Positions 34,182 through 46,194 of a DNA stretch of 64,000 nt are shown one piece after another (the stretch's first letter is position 1; the number at the start of each line of letters is the position of its first letter). Source of the DNA: Psammoneis japonica (taxonomy: Eukaryota); NCBI GenBank assembly GCA_008632985.1, contig QPGO01000093.1, positions 186,001-250,000 of the forward strand, given 5' to 3'. Under the pieces are notes generated by a model. It saw nothing but the letters and a program-made list of their open reading frames with translations, ran no database searches and was not told the origin of the DNA. The position numbers and the translations under genes are program-made.

Positions 34182-37100
34182 TTACCATAACAGTCTTCCA
34201 TGCTCTATGTACTTCACCAACGATCGAATATGATAGACCGGCAGCAAAGGGAACCGTAAGGACACCGCATCCATCCGGTCGTCGCTCGTACCTAACGGTA
34301 ACGAGCATGTTCTGTTCTTATACCGTCGCGTTGGAGCGCAGCGCGTCGTCAGGGCAGAGAACAATGTTCATGATTCGTTCATCTTCTGCAGCGGTAAACT
34401 TGTTCGAGTTCTCGACATCATCGAAGCTAGCTTTCCCTTCTTCCAACAATTCTTTATCGTCTTGATGGCATTGTGTATCGGCTTGCAGGTTCCATTCGAA
34501 CTCAATTGTTTCAAGTCGATTCACCTGCTCAGCGGGAAGCTGACCAAGGTTCTTGAGTCTGCGTTGAAGTGACACCCACTCACAAAGCCACCTTTCGGTG
34601 TATCCGAAAGGCACACGGCAATGCCCATGCGCATCCTTGAACTTAGCAAGAGTTTCAAAGCCCAACTCCCAGTCAGTCTGACTGATCGTCCAACAAAAGC
34701 CAAGCCGTTCGAGCTGTCGGTGATGAGTACGTGGAAGCAGCAGCTTCGCTTGGCGCTGCTCTTCAGCCCACAGAGCCAAGTCTGGGTCCTCATCATAGTC
34801 GATCGGAACTGCGCAATGGCCGTGTTTTTCAGCATATCGTTGCAATCTTATGTACATCACACTCCAATTATCCCCCGTAAGAGACTCGCTGGAAAGTTGG
34901 TGAGATGACACTGTAGCGCCTGCAAGCGACGGCGTCTCGTTGGAACTTTCGGTAGCATCATCCCGAATACTGCACTCTGGCTGCGAGGCGCCGTTGTCTA
35001 CGTTCCACCTGAATCCAATCTTGCTAAGCTTTTCGTGGTGCGCCGGAGGGAGCTGTCCAATACCACGGAGCGTTCGCTGGCGTTCTGCCCAGGTTGACAA
35101 ATCGCTGGAACCATCTCCTAACGGCTTCACATTGCAATGGCCGTGCTTCTTCTTGAACGCACAAAGAGAAGCAAACATCTTGCTCCATGTTTGATTGAGC
35201 ATTTTCGAGTCGTCCAACACAATATCTTTGTCAGGGTAATTCAGCACTTCGCGAGACCCGTCCGAATACTGAACCTGGATACGTGAGCCTCCTTCGATTA
35301 TCTGCGTAACTTTTGCTTTGTACCAACGCGTCTTTTTCTTCCCTTCATTTTTCTTACCGGAGGTCTCCACCAAAAAGCGAACCTAAGATCATACCACGCA
35401 AGCAAGTCCTGGTGAGAACCCATGGAGCACATTACCAAAGGTCACACTTTGTCAAAGACACGCACCTTCACTTTCTGTCCGACGGCCATTTTCTTTCGTT
35501 GCTCTTCTACTATAGAGCTGGGTATGATCGCCCCATGATCTTCCTTTTCGACAAGAACAATGCGTTTGCTGGGAAAGTCTACAACCTCCACGTCACCGTC
35601 GTCATAGCGAATCCGAATTTTCGTTCCGTTCGATAGAACTTCAATGATCGACCCTTCGTACCATTTCTTACCCTGAACTATATTATCTCCTTGTTTGATT
35701 GAACAATTGTAGAGCCCCTGAAAAAAATATCCATAAGTATGATGTCCAGAAAAGCCTTCTCGTCATCGTCCCACAACAGGGAATACTTACCTTTACCCTC
35801 TGGCCAAGCAAAACCACTTCTCCAGAAGTTACAAGACTAGGTCCTTCGTCGTTTGATACTTCAGCTGGGTTCACGTCCTCAACAGCGGTTGACACATCGT
35901 TGGTGTGGGTGACGATTGATTCCTCTCCGTCACTGTTCTCACCTCCTTCAGCTTCGTCGTTCTTCTCGACACCGGCACCCGTCTTGTCGACAGGTTCGTC
36001 TGTTTCGCTTGTTTGTTCCGGGGTACCTTCGACGTCATTTGTCTCTTTGAGCTCGTGTTCTTCCCCTTTCGAATCATCAGCAGTAGCTTTCACCCCACTG
36101 ACTTCATCATTGACTCCCTCGTTTCCATCGTCGCCAGTTTCAGACGTCGCCTTTGCTCTATCAATTCTCTTTCTGCCGGCGTCAGCCTTTCTACTCTTTT
36201 TCGATTTTTTGGGCTTCACCTCAACCCATCTTTGGTGCTCGTCGTCGCTATCTTCGTTTAGTATAATATCCCCCACTAATTGAAGGTCCTCGCGCGGATA
36301 ATTCTCCAACTCAATGTCACCGTCCTGATACTGAACCCGAATCTTTGCCCCTCCCGATAACACTTCGATGACTTTTCCGCGGTACCATTTCTTCGTCGGG
36401 ACCACTAATCCAGCTTCCTCGTATTCAGCGTCAAAGCGTGTCTGAAGCGAAGCAATGGTTGAGAAACCAATTCAGACACGCAGAGCCTTTTACCATAGCT
36501 GCAACTACTTACCTTTACTTTCTGGCCAACTGCAATCGTCTTGCGCTGCTCCGCAACGGATAGACGGGACGGATCAAACCCGTTTTCTTGTTCGTTATCA
36601 GAAGGCTCGTCGTTCCACGGCGACGCCACAAAAAACTTTGGAGGTTTGCGTGTTCGGCCTGACGTCGTTCGCATGGGCAGCACAACTGCAGCAGGCTTTT
36701 TAGAAGGGCTATCATCATCACTCTCCTCCTTCATTGACACGTGCTTTCGTCGCCGGGAGGATTTTCTGATCACTTTTGCAGTTTCCTCCGCGTCGCTATC
36801 CTGGTCGCTCTCGTCGTCCTTCCATGTAATAGATTTTCGCGATCGTCTGCGTTCTGGTTTTTCTTTTTTCGCTGCCTGCTTCACCTCCTTGTGTGCGACG
36901 GCCTTCAATGAAAGAGTCTTGTGAGCTAGTCCGCTTGCTGGATCTGATTTTTCCTCCTTCTGGATTTCCTCGATACTCGCGTCGTCCTTCAACGCGGCAG
37001 TCTTGCGTGGCCGTCCGCGTTTCGCTTTTGGTTTTTCCACTGCCTGAATTTCCTCGTGATTCGCGTCGTCCTTCAATGAGGCAGTCTTGCGTGGTCGACC

Positions 37101-38759
37101 GCGTTGTGCTTTTGGTTTTGCCTCCGCCTGAATTTTTCCGTCACTCGCGTCGTCCTTCAACGAGGCAGTTTTTCGTGGTCTACCGCGTTTTGCTTTTGGT
37201 TTTGCTTCCGCCAGAGTTTCCTCCTTCTGAGAGTCGTCCCTTCAACAGGCAGTTTTGGGGGGTCGTCCGCGTTTAGCTTTTGGCTTTTTATCCGCCTGAA
37301 TTTCCTGTTTCTGCGCGTCAGCCTTCAAGGAGGCATTTTTGGGCGGTCGGCCGCGTTTTCGCTTCGGTTTGACAGGTTCCGGCGGTACTTCTTCTTCTTC
37401 CTCACTACTACTGTCGTCGTTCAAAATAATATCACCCACTAGCTGAATATCTTTGTTGGGGTATGATTCCACCTGCTCGTCACCGTCCTGGTACTCTACT
37501 CGAATTTTCGCTCCCTTTTGCAAAACTTCGACAACTTTTCCCTTGAACCATTTCTTCACCATGACTGTTTTCCCGTTTTGTTCTGATTCCATCTCGAATA
37601 GCGTCTGAAATAGTTCAATATAAAGTGCATGAATGCGTGAGCTAATGTGGAAAATACAAGACGCATCAAATGACCACCCAGCGCCAAAAGGAAATACATA
37701 CTTTTAGTTTCTGCCCCACAGCAATAAACTTTCGTTGCTCAGCCACGGAGAGTTTCGACGGATCAAACACACTCGGTCGTTCTTGCTGTTCTTCTTCTAC
37801 TACTTGTTCTTCATTGTCGTTCCACGGCGATGCTACAAAATAAGCCGGAGGAGTGCGTCTGCGTTTCGAGAATCCCGTGTCAACGCGCAAGTCTTTGCGT
37901 TTTGTTCCTCGTTCTGAATTCCGTTGACTTGCTGTTCTCTCTGCCGCTTTTGGCTTTTCATCCTCTACAGGTTGTGGTTCGTCATTATACGGGGATGCGA
38001 TAAACATGTCTGGGGGTGTGCGCCGTCGTTTCGGCTTTCCACCTCTGCCCCAACCGCCGTCATTCCCGTCTTCCCCCTCTATGCTGCTGGTACTGACGAT
38101 GCGTGGATTTTCACGACTAGGCATCTTCGTTCTAGATAACGTTGCTGCGCTACTTTTTCGAAAGCCTGATGCTCCCACTCTATTCTCGTGTTGTTTAGCG
38201 CTTCCCATCACTTGCTGCAGTGAGCTTCCGCCACGGGCCTGAAAATACAAAAAAAAAATAGACCGGGACGTCAGAGAGAACTTGAACAAAAAATGACCCT
38301 ACGGATCAGCCATACCGGTCATACATCTAGCTCCGGTTGCATAGCATAAGTCGATCCTATCGTTGCTATGGACACACGACAAGCCACTGATACCTTCCTA
38401 GTCACCCTTACCTTGCCCTGATTGCTGGAACGACGACCGTTGATGCTGGCACCGTTTGCGAGCGTTGACATGGAAGCTCGCATTTTGCTCGACGGCCGTG
38501 ACTCTCGCGGACTACTCCTCACGGCGAGGGACGTACTTGTAGAGGAGGTGCCGGCATTGGTAGATACTGCGGCCACCGCCACGGGGTACTTTCTCGGGCG
38601 ACCCCGTTTCCTCTTGACAACAACTGGCTGTGTTCCCGCTGTATTCGCTTCTACGGGAGCAGCCGCGGCAGAGGTACGTTTGCTCGTGGAGAGCGCGGCT
38701 TTCTTTTTCGCCGCCGGTCTCTTTTTTGTTGACATGGATTGCGCCTTACTCATCACCAT
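34182..38759 (-). CDS. Multi-exon nuclear protein with AT-hooks, four Tudor-like domains, three helicase-associated (HA) domains and a possible Myb-like tail
   Basis: RGRPR/RGRPP motifs. Four copies of AVGQKVK...KWY.GKV.EV....IRVQY.DGD. Three copies of W...F..L..FK..HGHC.VP...L..W...QR...L..IGF.W. KFTAAEDERI near the end. Exon limits and 3' end are approximate. Confidence 0.75.
36945..37365 (-). repeat. Coding tandem repeat, 84 bp (28 aa) unit, five AT-hook copies
   Basis: CCGCGTT recurs at about 37015, 37099, 37183, 37268 and 37351. Unit RGRPRKTASLKDDANHEEIQAVEKPKAK. Confidence 0.88.
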
Positions 38760-39180
38760 GGCGATATGATATAGCGTTGCGGCAGATGTGATGAACCAGC
38801 GCCGCTGCTGTCGCTCATGAGCAAAAAACTCCCGAACGCAAAAACAAACGGAACAGCAGAAGAATGAGCAGAGAAAAAGAGCTGGGGTGACGAATGCGTG
38901 TCTTTTGCTTGTATTTTCAGGTGTGAATAAAATATACTGCATGCATTTGCACCAACGTCACGCCACATGAAGAAAAGAAACATCAATTCAACGGAAAGCA
39001 CACAGACAATGCACGTCAACTGCAAAACGATGGGAACCGACTAGAGATCTAAGAATTTTAGACAGCCAAACTTACAAAGAAATTGTCGGAGGGAACTTTT
39101 GGCGTCATTTGGCGTCATCGTAGAAACAATTCTTACATGTCGAATTTTCATCGACCGAATAGCTTGTTTGTGGTGGCTCA

Positions 39181-39929
39181 ATGACGATACCAAGGAGGAA
39201 GATTGCTGTATGGATGGTATGCCTCAACAACGCAACGGCGTTTGTCCATACAGGGAAATGTAGTCTACCGCGAAAGCCCGCGAGTTGCGCCTCATCATCG
39301 TCTTCATTCGGCATTAGCACTCCATCAGCGTCGTGCAGCAGCAGTGACCCCAACAGTTTTATTCGACTTCGCAATGCCACCATTCAAGATTTGGAATTAT
39401 GCAGTTTTGGGAACAACAACCCCATTTAAAAGATCCCGACGTCATGGGTGATGAAGAATACAATGGTTGGAACTGGGAGCAAGAATTGCCACGCGACCAC
39501 GTTTCATGGCGACATCAACTCATTGCCGAGGACTGCAGAAACCACAGCAACGACGACATGACGGATGCTGCAGTTCCATTTGGGTTTGTACAAGTTATCG
39601 ATCCGGCCTTGGAAGAGTCCCATTATTGGGGAGAGGACTGTCCTGCTAATTTACGTGCGATTGATATTTGGATTGGAAATGTAGATTATTTGGGAAAAGG
39701 CTGTGGAACGGCAATGATGAGACTTGCATTGGAAAATTATTGCTTTTCGGATCCCTCCGTGGAGGCTGTCGTGATTGATCCAATGGCCAACAATGTCCGA
39801 GCTCATCGGTTCTATCAACGACTGGGGTTTGTGCCAGAAGGAATTCGATTTTTTGGTGTCGACAAGTGCCTGGTACACCGGCTTCAAGAGAAGACTATGA
39901 GAAGAATAAGAGCTAGCACAACAGGATGA
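39181..39929 (+). CDS. GNAT N-acetyltransferase (bacterial AAC(6')/RimJ-like), apparent frameshift near 39398
   Basis: IRLRNATIQDLEL then QFWEQQPH...IDPALEESHYWG...IDIWIG...LGKGCGTAMM...IDPMANNVRAHRFYQRLGF. Start uncertain. Confidence 0.8.
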
Positions 39930-40462
39930 AATGATTAAATCTTGATACGCGAAGGCGATTATCTGCAGAAATCCGTTCTCAGCTTTCGACCTGCAGTCAA
40001 CATCTTTGAATCTGTCCTACTTAGAAGTATTCAATCAGATACAGCTTCGATCCCTTTCTGCTCTCTACATTATGGAAGCACAAGCAGTTTCTCTAGAGAG
40101 AATAAGTAACAAATTTTACAAATACTATTATGGCCTACCGGTAATCTCTCGTCTCTCTCTCACTCTCGTCTTTGTTGTTGGTCGCTCGCCTTGGTGCATT
40201 GAAAACTAAATATATTTTCCACAAGACAAACACACAGACTAAGTTCGTTGCGCTTGGAGGGAACTTTTGACACCACGCACGACTGTACTAACACCCACGT
40301 AGAGTTTTCCCGCCAAAATAACGTCACGTCGTGACATCTGGCGCAATCAAGCGATCAAGCGTTCAAAGTTGGAAGTTGAAGTCTCTCGCTCATCCATCTC
40401 CTCAACGGGGAACACAAAAGCCGCAACCGTTCATAGGTTGAAGTGAAAGTAATCTCTTTCCT

Positions 40463-41818
40463 TTGACATCAACTAGCAGAAAGCGGTGTTGGCATTACGC
40501 TTTGACCATCATTTTTCTCTCTCGTTTCTTGATTCGCCGCAGCACGGCAGCTCCAGCATTCACCATGATGCGTTCTCAGAAACGCCGCGCGTCTCATATT
40601 GGGACGCACTACACGTCTCGCAAAGACACGCCGCTCGAGACAGCCGTCGATGGAGAATGGGATGAAGCCGAGCGCTTTGTCGATAAAATGCCCAAGAACG
40701 AAAAAGAAGTTCTGACGTTTTTTCCCAAGCTGCAGGATGCCATTTTTTGCGGCCATTTGATGGCCGATCTCGACTCGATTGCGGGAGCGATCGGAGCGGC
40801 GTATTTATATGGAGGAACTCCAGCGAGAGCGTCCGAGATCAACAGTGAAACCAAATGGGCCTTGGAAAAGTGGAAGTGTGACTTGCCTGTCCCGGTAGAA
40901 GACCTCTTGGAGGAACGGTCCGACCGACATGTGTGTTTGGTGGACTTCCAGCAGCAGTCGCAGCTCAACGACAAGATTCCCATGTCCAACATTGTTGGTA
41001 TTATTGACCACCACGCCCTTCAAAGCAACACCGTCATTACGGAACGGCCCGTTTTTGTCGATATTCGTCCCTGGGGATCCATGAGCAGTATTTTAGCGCA
41101 TAGCTTTGCCGTACAAGAAAAACACTTGCCCAAGAATATCGCCGGCATTTTGCTTTCCGCTATTCTTAGCGACACGCTCAATCTACGTTCACCCACAACG
41201 ACCAAATGGGACGAGCGCATGGTGAGCATGCTGGTGCAGTATCTTGGAATTCCCGGCAAAGTGAATGAGCTGGCTGCCAAGCAGTTTCGTGCCAAATCGC
41301 ACGAATTGTCGCTGATGACAGCTTACCAGCTTGTCAATGGCGATATGAAGCAATTCAAGTTTGACAGTGCTGCTACGGGCGAGCAGTACGTGATTGCCTA
41401 TGGCGTGATTGAAACAACCGACGCAGCAGCTTCGTTAGAACGGATTGATGAGATTTTGCCGGAAATTCGTGAAACCAAGGAGGAAAAGAATTTGACAGGC
41501 ATGTTGTTGGCTGTTGTGGATATCGTGCAATTGAGCTCCTCCCTATTCATTGCGGGTCCTGTCGAAGAGTCCTTGGCGGTGCAGGCCTACGGTGGCAAAG
41601 TCGTGGATAATGTCTTGGAACTGCCTGGCTTGGTCTCGCGGAAAAAGGACTTTATCCCTCCCTTGACTCGTGCGGTGAATGAGGGATGGACGAAACCCGC
41701 ATTGCAGCCTCGCAGGAGAAAGAGAGGCAGCATCGTTGTGATGAATTACGCTGATTTTGCTCCTGGAAGGCTCGAACGTGTCTTTGACGAGGAAGGGAGC
41801 GGAGAAGAGAACGAGTAA
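40463..41818 (+). CDS. Family II Mn-dependent inorganic pyrophosphatase (DHH/DHHA2, PpaC-like)
   Basis: GHLMADLDSI, IIDHH, ILSDTLNLRSPTTT, D.KQF, SRKKDFIPPL. Start uncertain. Confidence 0.88.
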   Translation: MTSTSRKRCWHYALTIIFLSRFLIRRSTAAPAFTMMRSQKRRASHIGTHYTSRKDTPLETAVDGEWDEAERFVDKMPKNEKEVLTFFPKLQDAIFCGHLMADLDSIAGAIGAAYLYGGTPARASEINSETKWALEKWKCDLPVPVEDLLEERSDRHVCLVDFQQQSQLNDKIPMSNIVGIIDHHALQSNTVITERPVFVDIRPWGSMSSILAHSFAVQEKHLPKNIAGILLSAILSDTLNLRSPTTTKWDERMVSMLVQYLGIPGKVNELAAKQFRAKSHELSLMTAYQLVNGDMKQFKFDSAATGEQYVIAYGVIETTDAAASLERIDEILPEIRETKEEKNLTGMLLAVVDIVQLSSSLFIAGPVEESLAVQAYGGKVVDNVLELPGLVSRKKDFIPPLTRAVNEGWTKPALQPRRRKRGSIVVMNYADFAPGRLERVFDEEGSGEENE

Positions 41819-42135
41819 ATATTATTTGATGAACAAACGTGGATTCAGGATGCTGTCTGTCACTTGAGCTCCAACAGAATGTAAGGACTAAGCCGAGAGT
41901 GCCAAGCTGTCACATGGTAGAGAAAAACGACACATTCTAGCAGCTTACATTTAAAATAAAATCTACACCTATCTTCTTTACTGTTAGATCCTAGCTGTGC
42001 ACATAGAGGGTATTCTCCTCTCTTAACGATAAGCTTGGGACTAAAATAGCTCTCGCAGTGTCCACAGAATGCAGTAAATCGGTTACTTAGCTAGATAGGT
42101 AAGCACTGAATGTGCCAGGTGCAAGAAGGACCGAG

Positions 42136-42804
42136 CTATGTACTTGTCTTGTTTCTTTCTGTCGCTATCTCTTGCGCAATAAGGTCACGCCTTGCTTTCA
42201 TTAGCGCCCATCCCAAAATGTTGCAACCAGGAGCCCACGTTGCTGGATTTTGACAATCCGCGTGTCCAGCGGGCTTCCCTATACCCCAAATGACATCATT
42301 GCGAGCCGCCTCCACAATCAAGGCGGTACCCGTCTTGCATAACACTAGGAACTCTGCCTGTAAATGATAAAACTTTTGAATCACTGCTTGGTACGCAACT
42401 TGCAATATTACAGAATGCCACAGCTCCAAATCAAAGTTTTGCACACGGCGTCCCAGCTTCTTCGCTTCACCGGGTGTCATGCATTGTTGAATTTTTACAT
42501 ACGACTCAGCATCCCCCATTACGGCGGCCTTGCACAACATGATACTCTTTTCGGAAAAGGCAACCATCACCGTCTGCTGCAACTCTGAGTGCGGACAAGC
42601 CGCCTTCAGTTTGGACCAACACGAGTCGGGAACTCGAAAGGGAATCTCCTTGTGCGTATAAAAGTTGGAAAAGCTCTTAAAGGGTTGTTTCTTTCCGTGT
42701 CCATAAAAGTCAACCACATTTTGTGCGGAAAGCTCGGACCAGATAAGCTCATCAGGAGTTTGAGCGTCATGAAAGGGTGCGGGCGGAAGAGTTGCTGTGG
42801 ACAT
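42136..42804 (-). CDS. NADAR family protein (YbiA/RibX-like)
   Basis: FSNFY, SE..IMLCKA..MGD, PGEAKKLGRRV.NFD..W, VEAARND.IWGIG, GCNILGWALMKAR. Confidence 0.9.
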   Translation of the reverse strand: MSTATLPPAPFHDAQTPDELIWSELSAQNVVDFYGHGKKQPFKSFSNFYTHKEIPFRVPDSCWSKLKAACPHSELQQTVMVAFSEKSIMLCKAAVMGDAESYVKIQQCMTPGEAKKLGRRVQNFDLELWHSVILQVAYQAVIQKFYHLQAEFLVLCKTGTALIVEAARNDVIWGIGKPAGHADCQNPATWAPGCNILGWALMKARRDLIAQEIATERNKTST

Positions 42805-43278
42805 TGTGCTCTTTGTTAAGAGCTCAAAATGAATTGGTGAGTTTTGTGAGCTGATTGCTTCAGCCCGGATCCCAGTCGTGCATCATACTTCAGTCGTGAG
42901 TGGTTTGAAAGAAGAAAGAACAGCAAAGAACCCACTGCTGGTGAGCTACCGTTCTTATCTCCTTTAATTTTGCATAATTCTTTTTCGGGGTTGGTGCCCG
43001 GCGGTGGTTCAGAAACAATTCAAATCCAGCAATATCGATACTGGAAAATAGGCACAAGCGATCGAGGAGGTTTGCAAAAACGTAGCACAAGTGCCGAGAG
43101 AAGGATGCTACTGTAGGGTTTTCCAGTAAGCCCCTCCATCGACTTACTAGCCCTATCACACAACGATGTAGGATCAGGAGTAGTGCATAAGAGCAGAAGC
43201 AACTAGATGCACTACTGAAAGCTCTTAACTAACCCGAAAATTGAACATCAGAAGCGCATAATTCTGTGATAATTCGCA

Positions 43279-44123
43279 TCACATCCAACCCAAGGCTTTT
43301 GAGACCACGTCTGTCGCACTACCATCTGATACACATTCGCCATGAGCAATGATTAATTTTTTGGGTTTCCATTCCTCCACCACGGTAGTCCGAGCCGCAC
43401 GTGCCTTTCCTTTGCCTCCAAACAAAAAGCTGAATCTCCATTCTCTTGGAGTGCTTCCTTCCTTCCCAACTAGGCCGTCGAGCCTCTGGAAGGAATGTAC
43501 GTACAGGTAAAATGGTAGTCACAAATACTAGATACTCAATGCTAACAAGAGAAACACGTTTGTATCTCGTTGAAACTCACCATGAGGGTTCCTTTGAAGC
43601 CCGTCATTTCCTCCTCGGGAAATCGTTGAATTAAGTCACAAAAGATCGCCGTTTCTGATTTACGATGAAAGAATACCACTTCTTCCATAAAGAAGGACCC
43701 ATGAAATATGACTTGATCAATCTCTTGGTGAAAAGCAGGCGGTTCCGTTGTATCGTCGGAAGAATCCAACTGCTTGTCGAATCGAACGTCCGTGACTACA
43801 TTGCGCTTGGAAAGGCCAGGAGGAGCATAAAAGGTTGCCTCTGGAAAAGCATCTTGCCATTGTTTGAGAAATATATGATGAATCTTATTGGGAGATACCA
43901 CATGCTGGACTCGATTCAGTCCGAGTTGCTCGAGGGCCTCTGACAGTTCTTGCGTCAATTCAATCGGGGACCAAATCCAGGTGCTTTTGTCCTCTTCTAG
44001 CTGGATGACAACCATGCGAGTGGGGTATGGGAATCCAAAGAAACTCACGGTAGGGCCATCTACCACCCAAATACACGGACCAAACTCCTGCAAAAGAGGC
44101 GTCGCTGCCTCCGTCGTTGTCAT
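43279..44123 (-). CDS. DUF4336-family (metallo-beta-lactamase-like) protein, intron 43486-43580
   Basis: IWVVDGP...YPTRMVVIQL, VSPNKIHHIFL, EVVFFHRKSET.IFCDL. Exon 2 reads RLDGLVG...TPREWR...LIIAHG...ALGWM*. Confidence 0.88.
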
Positions 44124-44200
44124 CGTCGTCTCTTTGACACGCAGAAGAGTTCTCGTCTTCGCACCGCTTTTCTTGTGACACTCGTGACCCCAACTCGTGA

Positions 44201-45890
44201 CTAAAGAAGAAACATTCTGTCCTTCACAAAACGTCCAAGGATGCGTCCGATGTGCTGGATGCTAGTCGAGCAACAGGTCAATGAGCCAGAGCGGTGTCGT
44301 GTTGCCGGCGACTGCAATGTGCAATGGGAGGTGACTGCTCTTATCGATGCACTGGACTGCATCTGGGCAAACGTTCTTCTCCCACTTGCCCACTTGTCCT
44401 TGGATGCTCCTTCACTCAAAGTTTTCACAGCAGTTGTCCAAAACAGGATGTGGAGAGGAGTCATCCCATTGCCAACCTGAGCTTTCAGGGATGCACACAC
44501 TGTTCCATTGCAAAGTAACTCTCCACTGCCAAAATGTGGAACGCGTGACCATCTTGCCAATGCAAGGGGTCACCATGCTCAGCAGTGAGATGCAGGAGCA
44601 AGCTTCTTTCCATGCCCTGGAATTTCTGGGCATTTGGAGAGAAGAGAAAATGCTGTTTCATTTTTGGCACCATTTTTCAAAAGTGCCAGGTGCAGTGGCA
44701 AGCACTGCTGGCAGTCAGTGACTTGCAGTGAACCTTTAAATTCACCCACAAACAGATCAACCACAGGCTGATGTGGAGAGCCCATGTCTGCAACCAGGTG
44801 CAACGGAAGAGAACCACTTTTCTTGTTGGGCACAATGAGGCCAAGTGGGTGATCCTTCATGAGCTCTTGCATCATTTTGATCCATGTCTGATGCATCATC
44901 ACAAGGCGATGGCCATTTTGCTCCAACCATTCAAGCACTGTTGTGCCCATGTGGATTGGCAGATCCCCGAACTTTTGTTTGGCATGGGATTCCCTCAGGT
45001 GGCATTGCAGAACTCAACCAAACACACCCACATCACAGCAGCCAGTTCGGGCCAGAATGTGTGCAAGCAACAAAGAGCTGTTGTGTGCATCATGAGCATC
45101 CATGGGAGCTGCAAAGGCTTTTTGGTCTTTGGCGACACCCCCACAAGAATCTGCATCAGCTTGTGCATGGGTGGTTTGCTGCCACAGCAGGCACAATTCA
45201 ATGGCTCCACTGGTTGGAACAATCTGCCCCATCTGGACAGGAGCAGAGCAACAACTCCATGGCATTCTCATGGTGGAACATGTGGGCAGCACAATGAGTT
45301 GGCAAGTTTTCTTAAAAAGCAGCATTTTCTTGGCTGCTTGAGGCAGGATGTGCGTCTGACAGGAAACCAATCTTGGCAAAATTGGTCATTGACACCCAAC
45401 AAGCAAGGTGCAGGAGACATTCGTCAAGGGCATTGTGGACTTGCAAAGCCTCTGTGCAAATGCCCATGAGCCACTCAAGCACGGGCAATGAGACTGCATT
45501 GTTGGATGCCACCAGATGGAGTGGAAGTGATCCCTTGGACACCAAGATGAGGTTGCGGCCATCTTTGACTGTTGATGTGGATCACAGGTCTTTGTCAGCA
45601 CATGCACCACTGCTGCTTGCAGCAGCAGAGGATACAAAGAGGTGTCCTGCCATCTTTGGCAATGGTCAAGTCTCAGCCATGATGGATTTCTCCCTGCCAG
45701 TGCCTTGACTCATTGAATGTCATTGGCCAAAAACACCTCCACCAGTGGTTTGATCTTGGGATCGGCCAGCTGTGTGTGGTGGGCACCTTGCTGATTCATT
45801 CACATTCTTTGCTTGCTTCCTCTGCATCCTGTTTGACACTGGCAACAGTTGGTGCAATGATGATGATGGGCAGTCTGGTGCAAGCCATGG
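44201..45890 (-). pseudogene. Degenerate ankyrin-like (LPLH-repeat) gene inside a TpA-depleted island
   Basis: Fragments in several frames: GSLPLHLVA, QCLPLHLAL, GMTPLHIL, SHLPLHIAV. Positions expected to read YP appear as CP/HP (LLSKCPE, MKDHP). Stops and frameshifts are present. Confidence 0.75.
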
Positions 45891-46194
45891 TTCATTGTTG
45901 GCATTGGTGGATCTTTGCTGATGGGACTTGACGACGACACACCGGATCACTTTTCTAGCACCGGCAGGACTCGCACTGAACTCTTGTCCCTACAGTGCTG
46001 CTTACGTTGGGGACGCGGGCCGACGCGACTACGATCAAGTGGCTTCAAAATGGTTCAATCACCCCGTGAAGTGTAGTTGCTATTGAAAACAAAGTTTAGA
46101 GACTAGACAGACACACTAACTCCAGCAGAAAGCAGATTTTCCTTACTATGTAACAGGACAGCACTATACCACCACAACCGCGCTCTTGGTAACT

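Noticed and set aside
44201..45930. Alternative genetic code or codon avoidance of Tyr
   Set aside because: Depletion is frame- and strand-independent and includes non-coding repeats. Neighbouring genes use Tyr and TAA/TAG normally.
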